NCBI RefSeq assembly: GCF_001194135.2
Contig: NC_068981.1
Span: 137,963,569-137,998,194, forward strand
Reading direction: 5' to 3'
Length of the DNA stretch: 34,626 bases
Source: Octopus bimaculoides
Taxonomy: Eukaryota
Below, in pieces: positions 21,541 to 33,434 of this stretch. Under the pieces are notes generated by a model. It was not told the DNA's origin, searched no databases, and saw only the letters and a list, made by a program, of their open reading frames with translations. The translations under genes and the position numbers were made by a program. Position 1 is the stretch's first letter, and each line of letters starts with the position of its first letter.

Positions 21541-21931
21541 AGGGTATTAATCTATAGAGTGGCAACGGACCGAGCTGGTGATCAGAAAGCTAACAATTAT
21601 TGTCCCATGACCAAAACAACTAACTATGAAATGGCCATGACTATCAAGTTATAAACAGCTACCATAGATTCGTACAGTTCGACATTGTAATCAGTGTAAG
21701 CAGAGTTGTTGTTGATTAACCACAGATAGACCAAAATTCAATACACTCAAGGAGTGACCATCCAACTTCTTTATCGATATATTCTCTCTAAGACTACAAT
21801 ATCCAATGTGTTCTTTCTTTTTTAAAGACGATAAGATATTATTTGAGATAACATCTTATTAATTCTTGTCTGTTGGACGGTCATGTAGTAGTTTGTTCCT
21901 TCATTATCTCGTAAGAATGGATTTAAGTAAT

Positions 21932-22130
21932 CGTTTCTACTATAGGTACAAGGCCTGAAATTTTGAGGGCGGGGACTAGTCGATTACACAGACCCCAGTG
22001 TTTCACTGGTACTTAATTTATCGACCCCGAAAAGATGAAAGGCAAAGTCGATCTCGACGGAATTTGAACTCATAAATACCGCTAAGTTTTTCGCCCGGCG
22101 TGCTAACAATTCTGCCACCTCGCCGCCTTA
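21932..22130 (-). mobile_element. SINE type B copy with 15-bp TSD
   Basis: Full head and core on the minus strand, flanked by ATGGATTTAAGTAAT (21917-21931) and ATGGATTTGAGTAAT (22131-22145), 14/15 identical. Confidence 0.92.
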
Positions 22131-22244
22131 ATGGATTTGAGTAATTTTTCGGTAGGTCTTAGGGCTAACTTCATATTCTCCTACGAGAGTCGACTGGGTG
22201 TTCGTGAGATTAATTTGCTTCTGCTATCTTCCTCTTGATAATGG

Positions 22245-22420
22245 TTTCAAATTTTAGCACCAAGCCAGCAATTTCGGGAGAGCAGGTAAGTCGATTGCAT
22301 CGATCCCAGTGCTCAACTGGTACTTATTTTTATCGACCCCGTAAAGATGAAAGGTAAAGTCGACCTTGGCAGAATTTGAACTCAGAACGTCAAGTCGGAA
22401 GAAACGCCACTAAGCATTTT
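22245..22420 (-). mobile_element. SINE type B copy, 5'-truncated
   Basis: CTGGTACTTATTTTTATCGACCCCGTAAAGATGAAAGGTAAAGTCGACCTTGGCAGAATTTGAACTCAG. Confidence 0.85.
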
Positions 22421-22505
22421 CTTCCTCTAGATATAGACACATACACTGCTCAAAGATGAAAACTTCCAATGAAACCCTAATTATTCGAAATCAATAGATA
22501 ACTAT

Positions 22506-22541
<36 letters not shown>

Positions 22542-22579
22542 AACCACCGCCACCATCACGACCACTACCACCACTATAC

Positions 22580-22975
22580 TAGTATGAGCCAACAGGTGAG
22601 CCTCTGAGCAGACGATCAACCCGCTAAAATAGCAGCCAAATATTTCTCAGATTACATTCCTCACTCTTAAAAAAGGAAGGGCTTACTGGCTTACATCGTT
22701 CCATTTACCTCCATAAAGATGAGATGGTCACGGCTGGAAAACTGTTGATCATAGGTCTTGCTCAGGGTTGACCAAAACACTACTACTATAACTACTTCTA
22801 CTGCTAAGAAGCTTATATGAGGTGGAAGACCCACTCACCGAAAAAATCACAACGTACCGTCTTAAGAAAGGGTTGAGGTGAAACACGCATTAGGCAAGGT
22901 ATTCTGAGACAAAAGACAGGCAGATTTGATGATGGATCAGGACTAACCTAGGGCTAAACAACAACACCAACGACA
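22580..22975 (+). mobile_element. AAC-tailed dispersed repeat (two tandem partial copies) between (ACT/ACC)n tracts
   Basis: Family motifs at 22620-22780 and again at 22845-22975, ending GGGCTAAACAACAAC. Trinucleotide tracts at 22500-22580 and 22985-23035. Confidence 0.55.
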
Positions 22976-23482
22976 ACAAAAACAACTACTACCACCACTA
23001 CCACTACCACTACTACTACTACTACTACTACTGTATTTAATGGAACTCGTATAGAAAATCGTGATTTTCAAATATTTTCCCGAAGGATAAGCAATGTGAA
23101 TGAAGTGGAAATCGAAACCAGGTGACAGATATTCTGTTGGTCACGATATTACTGCAACCTTATACCTGCCCACACAATACGATACATTTACGAAGTTTCA
23201 GATTCGTTGGGTGTTGTGGCTCTTTATGTATTCCTTAGGAGCAGTATTATTGATTTCATTCCTTCTTACATCAGCAAATGTAATTCAGTAATGTTGCTCA
23301 CTTTTACATCAACAAAATCTTCCTCTACTTCTAAATAATCCGCTGCAAAAGTAATTAACATTAAAAAAATGTTTTAATTACGCTCTTCAACAGGTTATGT
23401 GTGGTTAAAACGTTTGTCTTACAATCTTGTGATCAGAGGTTCGACGTAACAGCATAGCCTGCTACCGAAACTTCTTCACGGT

Positions 23483-23727
23483 GCAGCACATTGGCCATTT
23501 TTATTCCTCTACTCTTCTAACTTGATCAGAGCGCGGCACATTGGGCATGAAGTATTTTCTACTCTTCTATCCTAATCAAGTAAGAACGTGGCACATTTGG
23601 CATCATGTTTTCTCTACTCTTCTATCTTCCCAACATCGTTGCACATTGGGCATATATTGTTTTCAACTCTTCTAACTTCGTAAGAGCTTAGCACATTAGG
23701 CTTATCGTGTTTTCTGCCCCTCTACCC
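23483..23727 (+). repeat. Five-unit minisatellite of about 50 bp
   Basis: The GCACATT anchor recurs at 23486, 23536, 23591, 23641 and 23691, each followed by a CT(A/C)CTCTTCTA-like motif. Confidence 0.9.
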
Positions 23728-23833
23728 AAACATCAGTTTTCGTAATATCTCAAATCAATCTTAAAAGTTTTCGATTATAAAGTTTTTGCAGATCCTTGGC
23801 GACAAAATATGTGGGAAAATACGGAAACGGAGA

Positions 23834-24655
23834 TACATGTATGGATCAAAACAGTTTGATTCAAATTCGTTGGTACATACATACGTACTGGAAGAAACAA
23901 AAATGCCTGGTATTTTATTATAGAATCAACATATATTTTGTTTTTGTTTTTAACGTGTGTTGGTCAATAAGTTTTTGTTTAAATGGAATACCAAAAAATA
24001 AGGTTCACGGGATGGAAATCCCCACAACAATGTTTTATTCGAACCCTGACTCAGTTGTATTAAAATATTAATATAATTACTATTATTATTTTCTTAATTT
24101 TGAAATATCACTAGCTCGGCTGTGTGGCTAAGAAACTTCCTTTGACATCCCTACTGCACAGCACCTTAGGCAAGTGCCTTTTACTACAGTGCTGGATCAA
24201 CCAGACTCTGTGAGTGAATTTGGTATATGAAAACTGTGTGGAAGCCTGCTGTAAATGTATATAAATGTATGCGCGTGTCATTGAAATTGTGTGTATTCCC
24301 CTCACACACTATAACAACCGGTTTAAAAACAAGTACTAGTGTAAATTTGCTCGACTATACGCTTCAAAACGGTGCCCAGTGTATTCTCAGTGCAACGACT
24401 GAAACATGCAAAAGAAAAAACATGAAAGATAGCATTCGCTCAGAATTAGAGCCCGGATAGAATTGTAACATTAGTTCTGATTAGTCAAATCAAAACATCA
24501 GTTCAGTCGAATCGTTTCTGCTGGTAGGAACGGTATTGAGTGCTTTTGCGGCTGCAACTGAGAGAGCTTTCTATCAAACTTTGGTCTTCTTAAACACTAT
24601 AAATGTTCATTTATACATCTTCGTTCTCTCTCAAAGGACTCGTACTTAGCTGAAC

Positions 24656-24691
<36 letters not shown>

Positions 24692-24781
24692 CGAGAGAGT
24701 GAACAAACGAAATAAAAGCACTCAATAATTTATTGGGAGTTACATGTATGGATCAAAACAGTTTGATTCAAATTCGTTGGT
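23834..24781 (+). repeat. Exact 41-bp dispersed direct repeat (23834-23874 and 24741-24781)
   Basis: TACATGTATGGATCAAAACAGTTTGATTCAAATTCGTTGGT is present twice, 907 bp apart. Confidence 0.9.
24110..24260 (+). mobile_element. SINE type A 5' half, degenerate
   Basis: GGCTGTGTGGCTAAGAA...GCACCTTAGGCAAGTGCCTTTTACTAC...TGTGAGTGAATTTGGTA...AAACTG. Confidence 0.75.
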
Positions 24782-24890
24782 GCTCTTGAGTTTCAAGCGT
24801 GATGCTAGTTGTCAGCCATTTTGAATTTGAATGACAGAAGTTGACAATTATTACCGTAAGATGGGCTCCAGTATTACAATCCAGTATATA

Positions 24891-25811
24891 TCAGGGCGTA
24901 CCGAAAAGAAGCTGGAATTTTGCAATATTATTTTATTCACGTAGTTTTACATGTTTACACTTTTATCGCCTGCAAAGTATTCTCCATTTGAAGTAATGCA
25001 TCGGTCCAGACGCATTTCCACTGTTCCAAGCAGTGCTGGAACTCTTGCGAAGTGTTGCCTCTTAACGCTCCGTCGCTTTTTGTTTTCACCTCTATCATAT
25101 CTGCAAATTTCGTAGCACCAACTTTCGTTGCCAGTGATGGCCTCCGAAAAAAAGGACCGAATCAACATCCAACTGCTCTTTCAGTTCACGACACGTATTT
25201 ACTTGTGACTGTTTTTGATCTTCCGTGAGCAAGTGAGGCACACATTTTGCTGCAACTCTTTTCCTTCGCAATTCCTCGCTCAAAACTCGCTGGCAGGAGC
25301 TACAGAACACAGCAGTCATATCAACAAGTTCGTCAATTGCTCGGTAGAGGTCCTCCAAGATCAGTGCATGGAATTTCGTGATGTTTCCGTTCGTTCGGGA
25401 GGTCGACGGTCGCCCTAAACGAGATGGGTTCTCAAGCGACAGGTGACCATTTCTAAAGCGTGAAAAACCACTCGTTAATTTGTGTTTTGCTCATGGTAGC
25501 GGCTTTGCAAGCTATTTGAAGCATGACAACTGTTTCGGCTGCTGTTTTCCACTACAAAAAAAAAACAAAAAAAAAACAGAATTTCACGGAAGCACACTAT
25601 TCCTTCGTTTCAGCCTTCGCAAAAATCGATGAAGAGGGGAGAAGCACTGCAAAACAAAGACTCACCTAGTGGCAGTAGATCATACTGGACAACGTCGGTC
25701 GGCAAACTGATGCCTGAGGGTCATATCAAGTGGCTTGTAGCATCGGAAGCCTGAACTACAACGGGCTTGACCCACAGAGAACGTTTCCGGTTACTTTTGG
25801 GTACCCCTGGG
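24891..25811 (-). mobile_element. Internally deleted mariner transposon
   Basis: Imperfect TIRs of about 28 bp (CAGGGCGTACCGAAAAGAAGCTGGAA / TTCCGGTTACTTTTGGGTACCCCTG) flanked by TA. Minus-strand peptides include HTH region, KCVPHLLTEDQK (WVPHEL-like), ITGNESWCYE (first catalytic D changed to N) and RLDRCITSNGEYF. The middle of the catalytic domain is missing. Confidence 0.88.
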
Positions 25812-27211
25812 TAGTTGTTGTAGTTGTAGTGATGTGAGATACATATTAGAGTTAAAAATTCTAAAAAATTTGTTTACAGAATTTTTATATANNNNNNNNN
25901 NNNNNNNNNNNNNNNNNNNNNNNNNNNNNNNNNNNNNNNNNNNNNNNNNNNNNNNNNNNNNNNNNNNNNNNNNNNNNNNNNNNNNNNNNNNNNNNNNNNN
26001 NNNNNNNNNNNNNNNNNNNNNNNNNNNNNNNNNNNNNNNNNNNNNNNNNNNNNNNNNNNNNNNNNNNNNNNNNNNNNNNNNNNNNNNNNNNNNNNNNNNN
26101 NNNNNNNNNNNNNNNNNNNNNNNNNNNNNNNNNNNNNNNNNNNNNNNNNNNNNNNNNNNNNNNNNNNNNNNNNNNNNNNNNNNNNNNNNNNNNNNNNNNN
26201 NNNNNNNNNNNNNNNNNNNNNNNNNNNNNNNNNNNNNNNNNNNNNNNNNNNNNNNNNNNNNNNNNNNNNNNNNNNNNNNNNNNNNNNNNNNNNNNNNNNN
26301 NNNNNNNNNNNNNNNNNNNNNNNNNNNNNNNNNNNNNNNNNNNNNNNNNNNATATTTATATATATATATATATATAGTTAAAAAAAACAATAACAAAAAA
26401 ACAAAAAAACAACAAAGTGAGGACGTGATATGGATAGTATTATTGGACGCTCAGGAAAGGAAAAAAAACAATGAATAAGTTCTCACACATCTCAGAACAC
26501 AAACTTTACTAATACCTCATATCCCTTCCTTTCTTACTTGTTAATAAAATTCTCATAATGTAAATATACTCCTTTATCTATTTATTTTAGCCTACATTAT
26601 GGGTTAGGTTTTTTGAAATATCTATCCCCTCTATAATCCGTGAGTTCTAGTTATCCCGACTCGTAAACCGGGCGGGTTTCATAGCCTGGTGTTATTTGAT
26701 ACACAGGATGGTAACAAATAGACTGGAAAGATGCTCTACTTTTTAAATGAAGCTAATTAAGATAGAGGGAAAGAGCCCGTTATTTCTCAGACTGGTGAAA
26801 TTGAAAAGGCTGAATATTTATAGGCCAACGTCTGCAGGAAAGATGCGGATGACGAAGGAATTACAGTAGGTTGTGTTTCTGAGGTGAAATAATTTCACAG
26901 AATAATCAGATACGGGAACAGGGAGTTGAGGAGAGAAGAGGGAAGGGGTTGAATAATTCTTATGTGCCATAAGTCATGTAGATACCTATCTCTGAGAAGT
27001 AGTAGCTGTTGTAACAGTAATGGATATCCGTCGGTTTCGACGTGAGTATTCAGTTATTCGATCAACTGAATTAACTTTGCATTGAATTAATATTTATTTT
27101 TAATTTTTCTTGGGCCCAAGGACTCATAACGCCAGTTGCCCGCTTTCCATGGTGTATAAGCGATTGAGTTACAGCAGTCCCGCCTAACGAGACGCAGGTC
27201 CGTTGCAGGAT

Positions 27212-27385
27212 TCAAGGCCAGCAATTGTGAAACATGTGGACAAGTTGATTACATCGATTCCAGTACTTCACAGAAAAGGATGAAAGGCAAAGTTCGCCTC
27301 GGCGAGGTTTGAACTCTCAGAATGCAAAGAGCCAACAGAAAGCATTTTGTCCGCCGTGCTAATTATTTTGCCTGTTTGCCGCCTT
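27212..27385 (-). mobile_element. SINE type B copy, degenerate
   Basis: AAGGCCAGCAATT...GGATGAAAGGCAAAGTT...TTTGAACTC...TTGCCGCCT. Confidence 0.75.
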
Positions 27386-27534
27386 TTCATTGTAATAGTA
27401 ACTGAACATTACAGAAACGCTAGTACCTTTAATTAGCGTATCTCTCTGACAGAATCAATGTGATATATTGTATGACAAGGCTGAATCTGTGAATTACAGG
27501 TACACTCCAACAAGCTTCCTACTTTTACTCCCAA

Positions 27535-27640
27535 GGTGTGAATCACGTCTAGGCTATAGTAAAAGACGCTTGCCCAAAATATCACGGAGTGAGATCGACC
27601 TCAGAACCGTAAGGTTACGAAAAAAATGTCTTAACTTTTC
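27535..27640 (-). mobile_element. SINE type A head fragment
   Basis: GGCTATAGTAAAAGACGCTTGCCCAAAAT...CACGGAGTGAGATCGA is the reverse complement of the type A head and body. Confidence 0.65.
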
Positions 27641-28617
27641 ATTATTACTGCATCGGTGGAACCAATTGTCGTACTGAAATAGTATGTCCCTGTGAACGAA
27701 CTGCTGAGCTTCAGCTTTTACCAGGATTGAATAAATCTATAATCGAAAGTCAATTTTCCTTTGACAATAATGATTTTTATTGAGTTATGTTGGACTACAT
27801 TATCAAGTGTGTCATTTCTATTCCAAGATGGTAGTAATTGCTTTGAGAAAAATTTGGCTACTACAACCAGCAGCTCGAGCGACAACACTGAGGTCACCTT
27901 GTTGGATTCGAAGCTAGTTAGTTGTGTTGGTGTGTAGATCGTTAGCAAACAGGGGAATGGTCTTTCGTTTCAATTGCAATTTAGAACCTTTGTATGTGAA
28001 GCAGCAGCATTGTTCAAGGTAAATAAGCAGTTTACTAATATACACAGAAAGAACAATCTCGAAACACAGTGCCTTAAACAGAAGGTTTTGATTTTGTTGA
28101 GGTAGTGAAGGTGGTCGTCGTGATAGTGGGTTGCTGGAGAAGCTATTTGAATGCGCAATATTTCTTTAAAATCTTTTAATAGAAATGTTTGTTATATTTA
28201 CACACACACACACAAGAAAAAGAAAACATTTATGATGAGATATCCAGCTTCATTTCAAGTTTATTTCTACACTAAATAATGTGGTCATTTCTATCTCTAA
28301 ACTTGCAAAATTACTGAAAAATCAACTAAAACGTTAATATTGTAACCAAGTCAAAATAGAGGACTGAGTAATTATAATAGAAATTCAGCTCACGCCAGCG
28401 TAACTGCTAAAGTAAACATAAGATAAAATCTGGTATTATTCTTATGGCAAGGTCATAAAATGGAGCGTTGTATATTCAACAAACTCTAATAGTGTACATT
28501 ACCTCATCCTTTTCAATGCAGTATTCAACTAAAAACCTTTATGCTTTTTTGGCTAAGTTTCACCGAGATCGAATTTGCCGTCACTCTTCTCCGTACCCAT
28601 AAATTCCTTTCTACAAT

Positions 28618-28765
28618 AGGCACATGGCTTGAAACTTTGGGGAAGGAGGCAAATCAATTATATCGACCCGAATGCACGACCGGTACTTATTTCATCAACA
28701 CCCAACGAATGAAAGGCAAAGTCAACCTTGGCGGAATTTGAACTCAGAATATAAGGACGGGCGAT
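28618..28765 (-). mobile_element. SINE type B copy, truncated
   Basis: CGGTACTTATTTCATCAAC...ATGAAAGGCAAAGTCAACCTTGGCGGAATTTGAACTCAGAA. Confidence 0.8.
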
Positions 28766-30645
28766 TTGTATCAGGTGTTACTTTAGTGTTTCGTCTACTG
28801 TATAGAATATACGCAATGTATGTTTTGTTATAATATTTCTGGGTGGTATTTGTGTTTCGTATATGATGTGTGCTTGGTGTTATGTGAATTAGAATCAGGT
28901 GGTGATTGTTTCGAATATATGCCGTTTGGGTTGTGTTATGTTAATGGGTGGCCACTGTATAGAATGTAATTTGTGATATGTCAGATATCAATTATAGAAA
29001 AGTATGTGGCGTGTTATTCCATTCGGTGGGGATTGTATAGAGCATGAATTCTGTTATAATATTTAGTGGAGATTCTCTTAGTATGCGTGTTGTAAGGATA
29101 GGTTTTTTGTTTGTTTTTACGTTTTATTTAGCGTATTATCTTACCGTGTTTTTCTGATTGTGACAGGTTTGACTCTTTTAGGATCAATCCCAGAGTAACT
29201 CAATACTAGGAAGATTAGATAATTCGATCAGATGATATCGGTGCTACTCTATTGGGTGGTGCTTTTATAGGGTATATGTTTTGTGAAGAGAGGCGGTGAG
29301 TTGGCAGAGTCGTTGGCTAGAATGCTTCTAAACGATCTGAGTTCGTAACACTAATTTCAGCTTCGTCATCTGAACTTGATAATAAAAAAAGTGCTTATCA
29401 GGGTTAATAGATAAGCAGAATTGTTGCAGAGTTGGGTGACATATTTTGTAGTAATTGTTTTGTCTGCTTGCATTTTGCCAGCAACGACCTGTGATGAAAC
29501 TGGTTTCCACCCAAGTTGCTTGCCTTTACCTTGAAAAAGAAAAAAAAAAACAGATATGGCGTAAAGATATGAGATATGCATGAATGAGAAATTGCTGGTC
29601 TTTCTCAGAACATCTGGTTGCGCCTGCATATTCATGCGTTGATGCATGCTCAACATTGACCTACGGAAGCCCGACATATCTACAGAAAGTGTACAGGCCA
29701 ATCAAATTGAAATTCTTTTGCGTTAGATGCAGGATATGACTTGGTCTGTGTATTGCATCATGAGATTTCTATGATTTTGGTCATATTTTATATTTACCAT
29801 TATTTAGTGCTTCAACAATAATTGTTAATGTATTAATTTACATGCTCTACGTCGTGTATATTTTTTTTCAATTTCAAGATCCATCTCTATCAGCTAATAA
29901 CGTTCTTATTAGGCGGGTTTGGGATCTCTGTCAGTTACCTTAAACATTCAGACATTTTTGCTGGAGCTAAAACAACAGTAACATTGACCTTTATAAAACT
30001 GCCACATTCTGTTGGCACATAAACATTACTATTTACTATTATATTTACATAATTGTTCCTGGCTGGGCATTTGTATTGTGCAATTAAACTCAGGCTTCAG
30101 TGTCTGCCGTTAGCTCAGAAACATTTTGAGTAATTATATAATCTTTAGTTTCTGTCGAGTATTTACGAATATCGGTCTTGGAATAGTTTTCCTTTTTGTT
30201 TTTGCCTCTTCAGTAGACGTTGGAGTCCCATTACAATTTTTGTCTTTTGTTGCCAAACATTTCTGTTCTTTTTTTCCATTATTTAAATCTTTTCATCGGT
30301 GTAGCCAGATTTTATTTTATTTTCATTTTATCGTTTCATCACACACACACACACACTTATGAGTAAGACTGAGGAGTGATAACAACCAAATATACAATCC
30401 AATTCGTGTCGATTTCATTCTATAAGCGCATTACCAAACTCACAGAGATCAGCGTGCCGCTTCATAGCAATCAGGTCAGAGCGGAAGGTATGGTAGTAAA
30501 AAAGCCGTAAGAATCAAAGTAACAACAACAGCAGCAGCAGCAGCAACGATGAATGCAACAGCAGCAGCAACGACAACAACAATCACAATAATTACTGACT
30601 CAGCATGAGAAATATGGACCCAAATGATAAAAAAAGTAAACAAAT

Positions 30646-30930
30646 GGCGCAGGAGTGGCTGTGTGGTAAGTAGCTTGCTTACCAACAACATGGTTCCGGG
30701 TTCAGTCCCACTGCGTGGCATCTTGGGCAAATGTCTTCTACTATAGCATCGGGCCGACCAAAGCCTTGTGAGTGGATTTGGTAGACGGAAACTGAAAGAA
30801 GCCCTTCGTATATANNNNNNNNNNNNNNNNNNNNNNNNNNNNNNNNNNNNNNNNNNNNNNNNNNNNNNNNNNNNNNNNNNNNNNNNNNNNNNNNNNNNNN
30901 NNNNNNNNNNNNNNNNNNNNNNNNNNNNNN

Positions 30931-30968
<38 letters not shown>

Positions 30969-31170
30969 TGTGTCTGTGTTTGTCCCCCTAGCATTGCTTG
31001 ACAAACGATGCTGGTGTGTTTATGTCCCCGTCACTTAGCGGTTCGGCAAAAGAGACCGATAGAATAAGTACTAGGCTTACAAAGAATAAGTCCCGGGGTC
31101 GATTTGCTCGACTAAAGGCGGTGCTCCAGCATGGCCGCAGTCAAATGACTGAAACAAGTAAAAAAAAAAA
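30646..31170 (+). mobile_element. Bipartite tRNA-derived SINE (type A), young full-length copy with internal microsatellite and gap
   Basis: A box TGGCTGTGTGG and B box GGTTCAGTCC. 5' half runs to 30814, then gap 30815-30930, then (TG)n. The 3' half ends GACTGAAACAAGT plus an A-rich tail. Confidence 0.93.
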
Positions 31171-33236
31171 GTGTAAATGAAGGACGTACTGTTATAAGGA
31201 TCTCTCGTATGTGCAGCAGATGTTACATGTGATTGTTACACAGAACATGTATTGTTGAAATAATATGAAACAATATACATGAACAAAACTGAAATGAGGA
31301 TAAAAGGCAAACAAAGCAAGACGGAATGAACTTATAAATGCATATAAATGAATGGTAGAAGATAATTAGAAACAGGTCCACCCCAGAGTAGAAGAGAGTC
31401 CTTAAAGACCTTGATAACATACATGAGATTTTTCTTTTTTTAAAAATGCAAAAGGATAAGACTAGTTATCGAGACGGCAAGCTCAAACATTGCATCTGTT
31501 GCAGAATTGACAATCTAAAGGATTTTCTGCACCACAGAGAACAAAGAGAAGAGCGTATCTCTGTTTTGCACCGTTACTAACATGCAATCTGATGACAGCA
31601 GCAACAAAAGCCACGATAACAGCTGTGACATTAGCGTCAAATACAACAATTGTAGTACTTTGTTAGAGGATAAGGACATTAGTAGACTCCGTTCAGCAAT
31701 AAAAACCAGCCATGGATAACATAGTTAATCAGAAATAAGACACCCGATGACGGTCCAGCGATCAAAACGACTGAAACTTAATACGCCTGTGATCTCAATG
31801 TTTTAAGTATACATAGAACCCAGGGAAAAATCATCTTCAGAACAAGACTCATTTAGATAATAAAGTAAAGAGTAAATTAGTGAAGGAAATTAATCGGCAA
31901 TTAGTCAAAAGTCGACGGCAATTAGTCAAAAGTTGAATAAATTTGTATGCCGTGAGAAAGAAGAGATAAGTATCACATAAAATAAGAATAAAAATAAATA
32001 GATAAATAAATTAAGTTACACGTTTGTGCTTCAGAGCAAAACTAATGAACATTTCCAGCTAATGAAGGACCAATAACTGGTCGATTGATTTGCTAAAAAT
32101 AGCTGGCATATTTCCCTCAAACCACTCGCTATCATCGTCAGAATGATGAATTTACTTTTAAATATTTTGTGGTTTCCCAAGGGAAGCCACAAAATACAAA
32201 AAATATATGATTTGATTAGGAGTTGAAGATTGACTGAGTTGGCAGTTGACAGAAAGAAAGAACGAAAGAAAGAAAGGGAATGGTATTAGAAGCAAAGAAA
32301 TGAAGCAATAAAGAAGATTGTATGGAAGGATGATTTTATTAAGGAGAAATAAAAGATAAAAAAAGAAAATGATGGTATAAACTATTGATAGATTTATAGA
32401 AGTTCCTATATTAGTAACTTATGTAAATGAAAGATGGAAATAAAATGAAATTGTGTAAAGGTAAATGTGTAAGAATCCATGGATTATTCTTGAGGAGTGA
32501 GTTTATAAGATGGCTACAGTGATTTATTTACAAAGTAATCATTACAAGATAAAAATTAGAAAGAGATGAAAAAATAGAATGATAAAAATCATATGAAATT
32601 GAATAGAATTTGGTTTGAGATATGTTTGGATATAAAATATAATTACAGAATCATAGAAAGTTATGAACATTTATCGCGTGCAAAACATTTATAACAAGTA
32701 GGCCAAGGGAAGTCCGTTTATCCTGTATATTCTTATGACAAGTATAATTACTGCAATTAAAGAATTAAAAAAAAAGTAGTACTTCATAATTCGTCAGTAG
32801 AAAACGTGATTGCCGTTGTCTTCAAAATTATGCAAGTCCGAAATTTCTGTTCTCATTATTCTCGTGATGGAACAAGATTATTCGTTTCCCAGAGCTGCAT
32901 AAATAACTGAAGTTGTATGGTTCAGTGTTACTCAGAAACTAGATTTGCTGCTGAGATTGTGTTCATCTTTGAAATACCAAATATATTTTGACAAAATAGT
33001 GTGTACTTGTCTAACAGGGTTTCCTGAAAGTGAACGAATCATATGTGTCATATATTAGTTTAAATGGCTTCACCCTTAAAGTGATACAATAAATTTACAA
33101 GCGAGTTTCTAGGAAAATAAACTGTAGAGGCTTAAAGGATAGTAGTCACAGAGGAATGAGTGACGTAAAACGATAGTTTACTTTTGTTATAAATAATGTA
33201 TGAATGTATGTCTCTTTGGTGGTTTTTCGTCTATTT

Positions 33237-33270
<34 letters not shown>

Positions 33271-33434
33271 ATCCACTTATCTATCTCTGACATATTGCGT
33301 GGCATCGTGGGCAAATATTTATTTACTATAGCTTGGAATCGACATGAAATACTGAACACTCAAAAGTTGAAGTTTCATATGGGCATTCATTCTCATATTT
33401 GTACGTAGAGATTTTGTGTTTATTTGTGTATTAA

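Larger units (their letters stand above)
1211..30930. other. Eleven assembly gaps
   Basis: N runs at 1211-1280, 2439-2883, 5543-6220, 8852-9051, 10413-11335, 12006-12199, 13767-13973, 15032-15435, 17727-17736, 25892-26351 and 30815-30930. Most abut simple repeats. Confidence 0.98.

Noticed and set aside
23483-23727. CRISPR-like regular repeat array
   Set aside because: Eukaryotic context, degenerate units, homologous rather than unique spacers, and no cas genes. It is a minisatellite.
27985-28018. Possible 34-nt micro-exon (TTTAG|...AAG|GTAAAT)
   Set aside because: Splice-like dinucleotides alone are common. The peptide is unrecognisable, and there are no neighbouring exons to support it.
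30646-30720. tRNA-like sequence with A and B boxes
   Set aside because: It has no complete cloverleaf and continues into a SINE body found elsewhere in the window, so it is a SINE head and not a tRNA gene.
2342-30994. Long ORFs in the track (for example 2342-2962, 5392-6354, 10296-11465, 14906-15790, 25791-26396)
   Set aside because: Their length comes from N-runs and simple repeats (HTHT, MYVC, CVCV). There is no evidence of real coding sequence.
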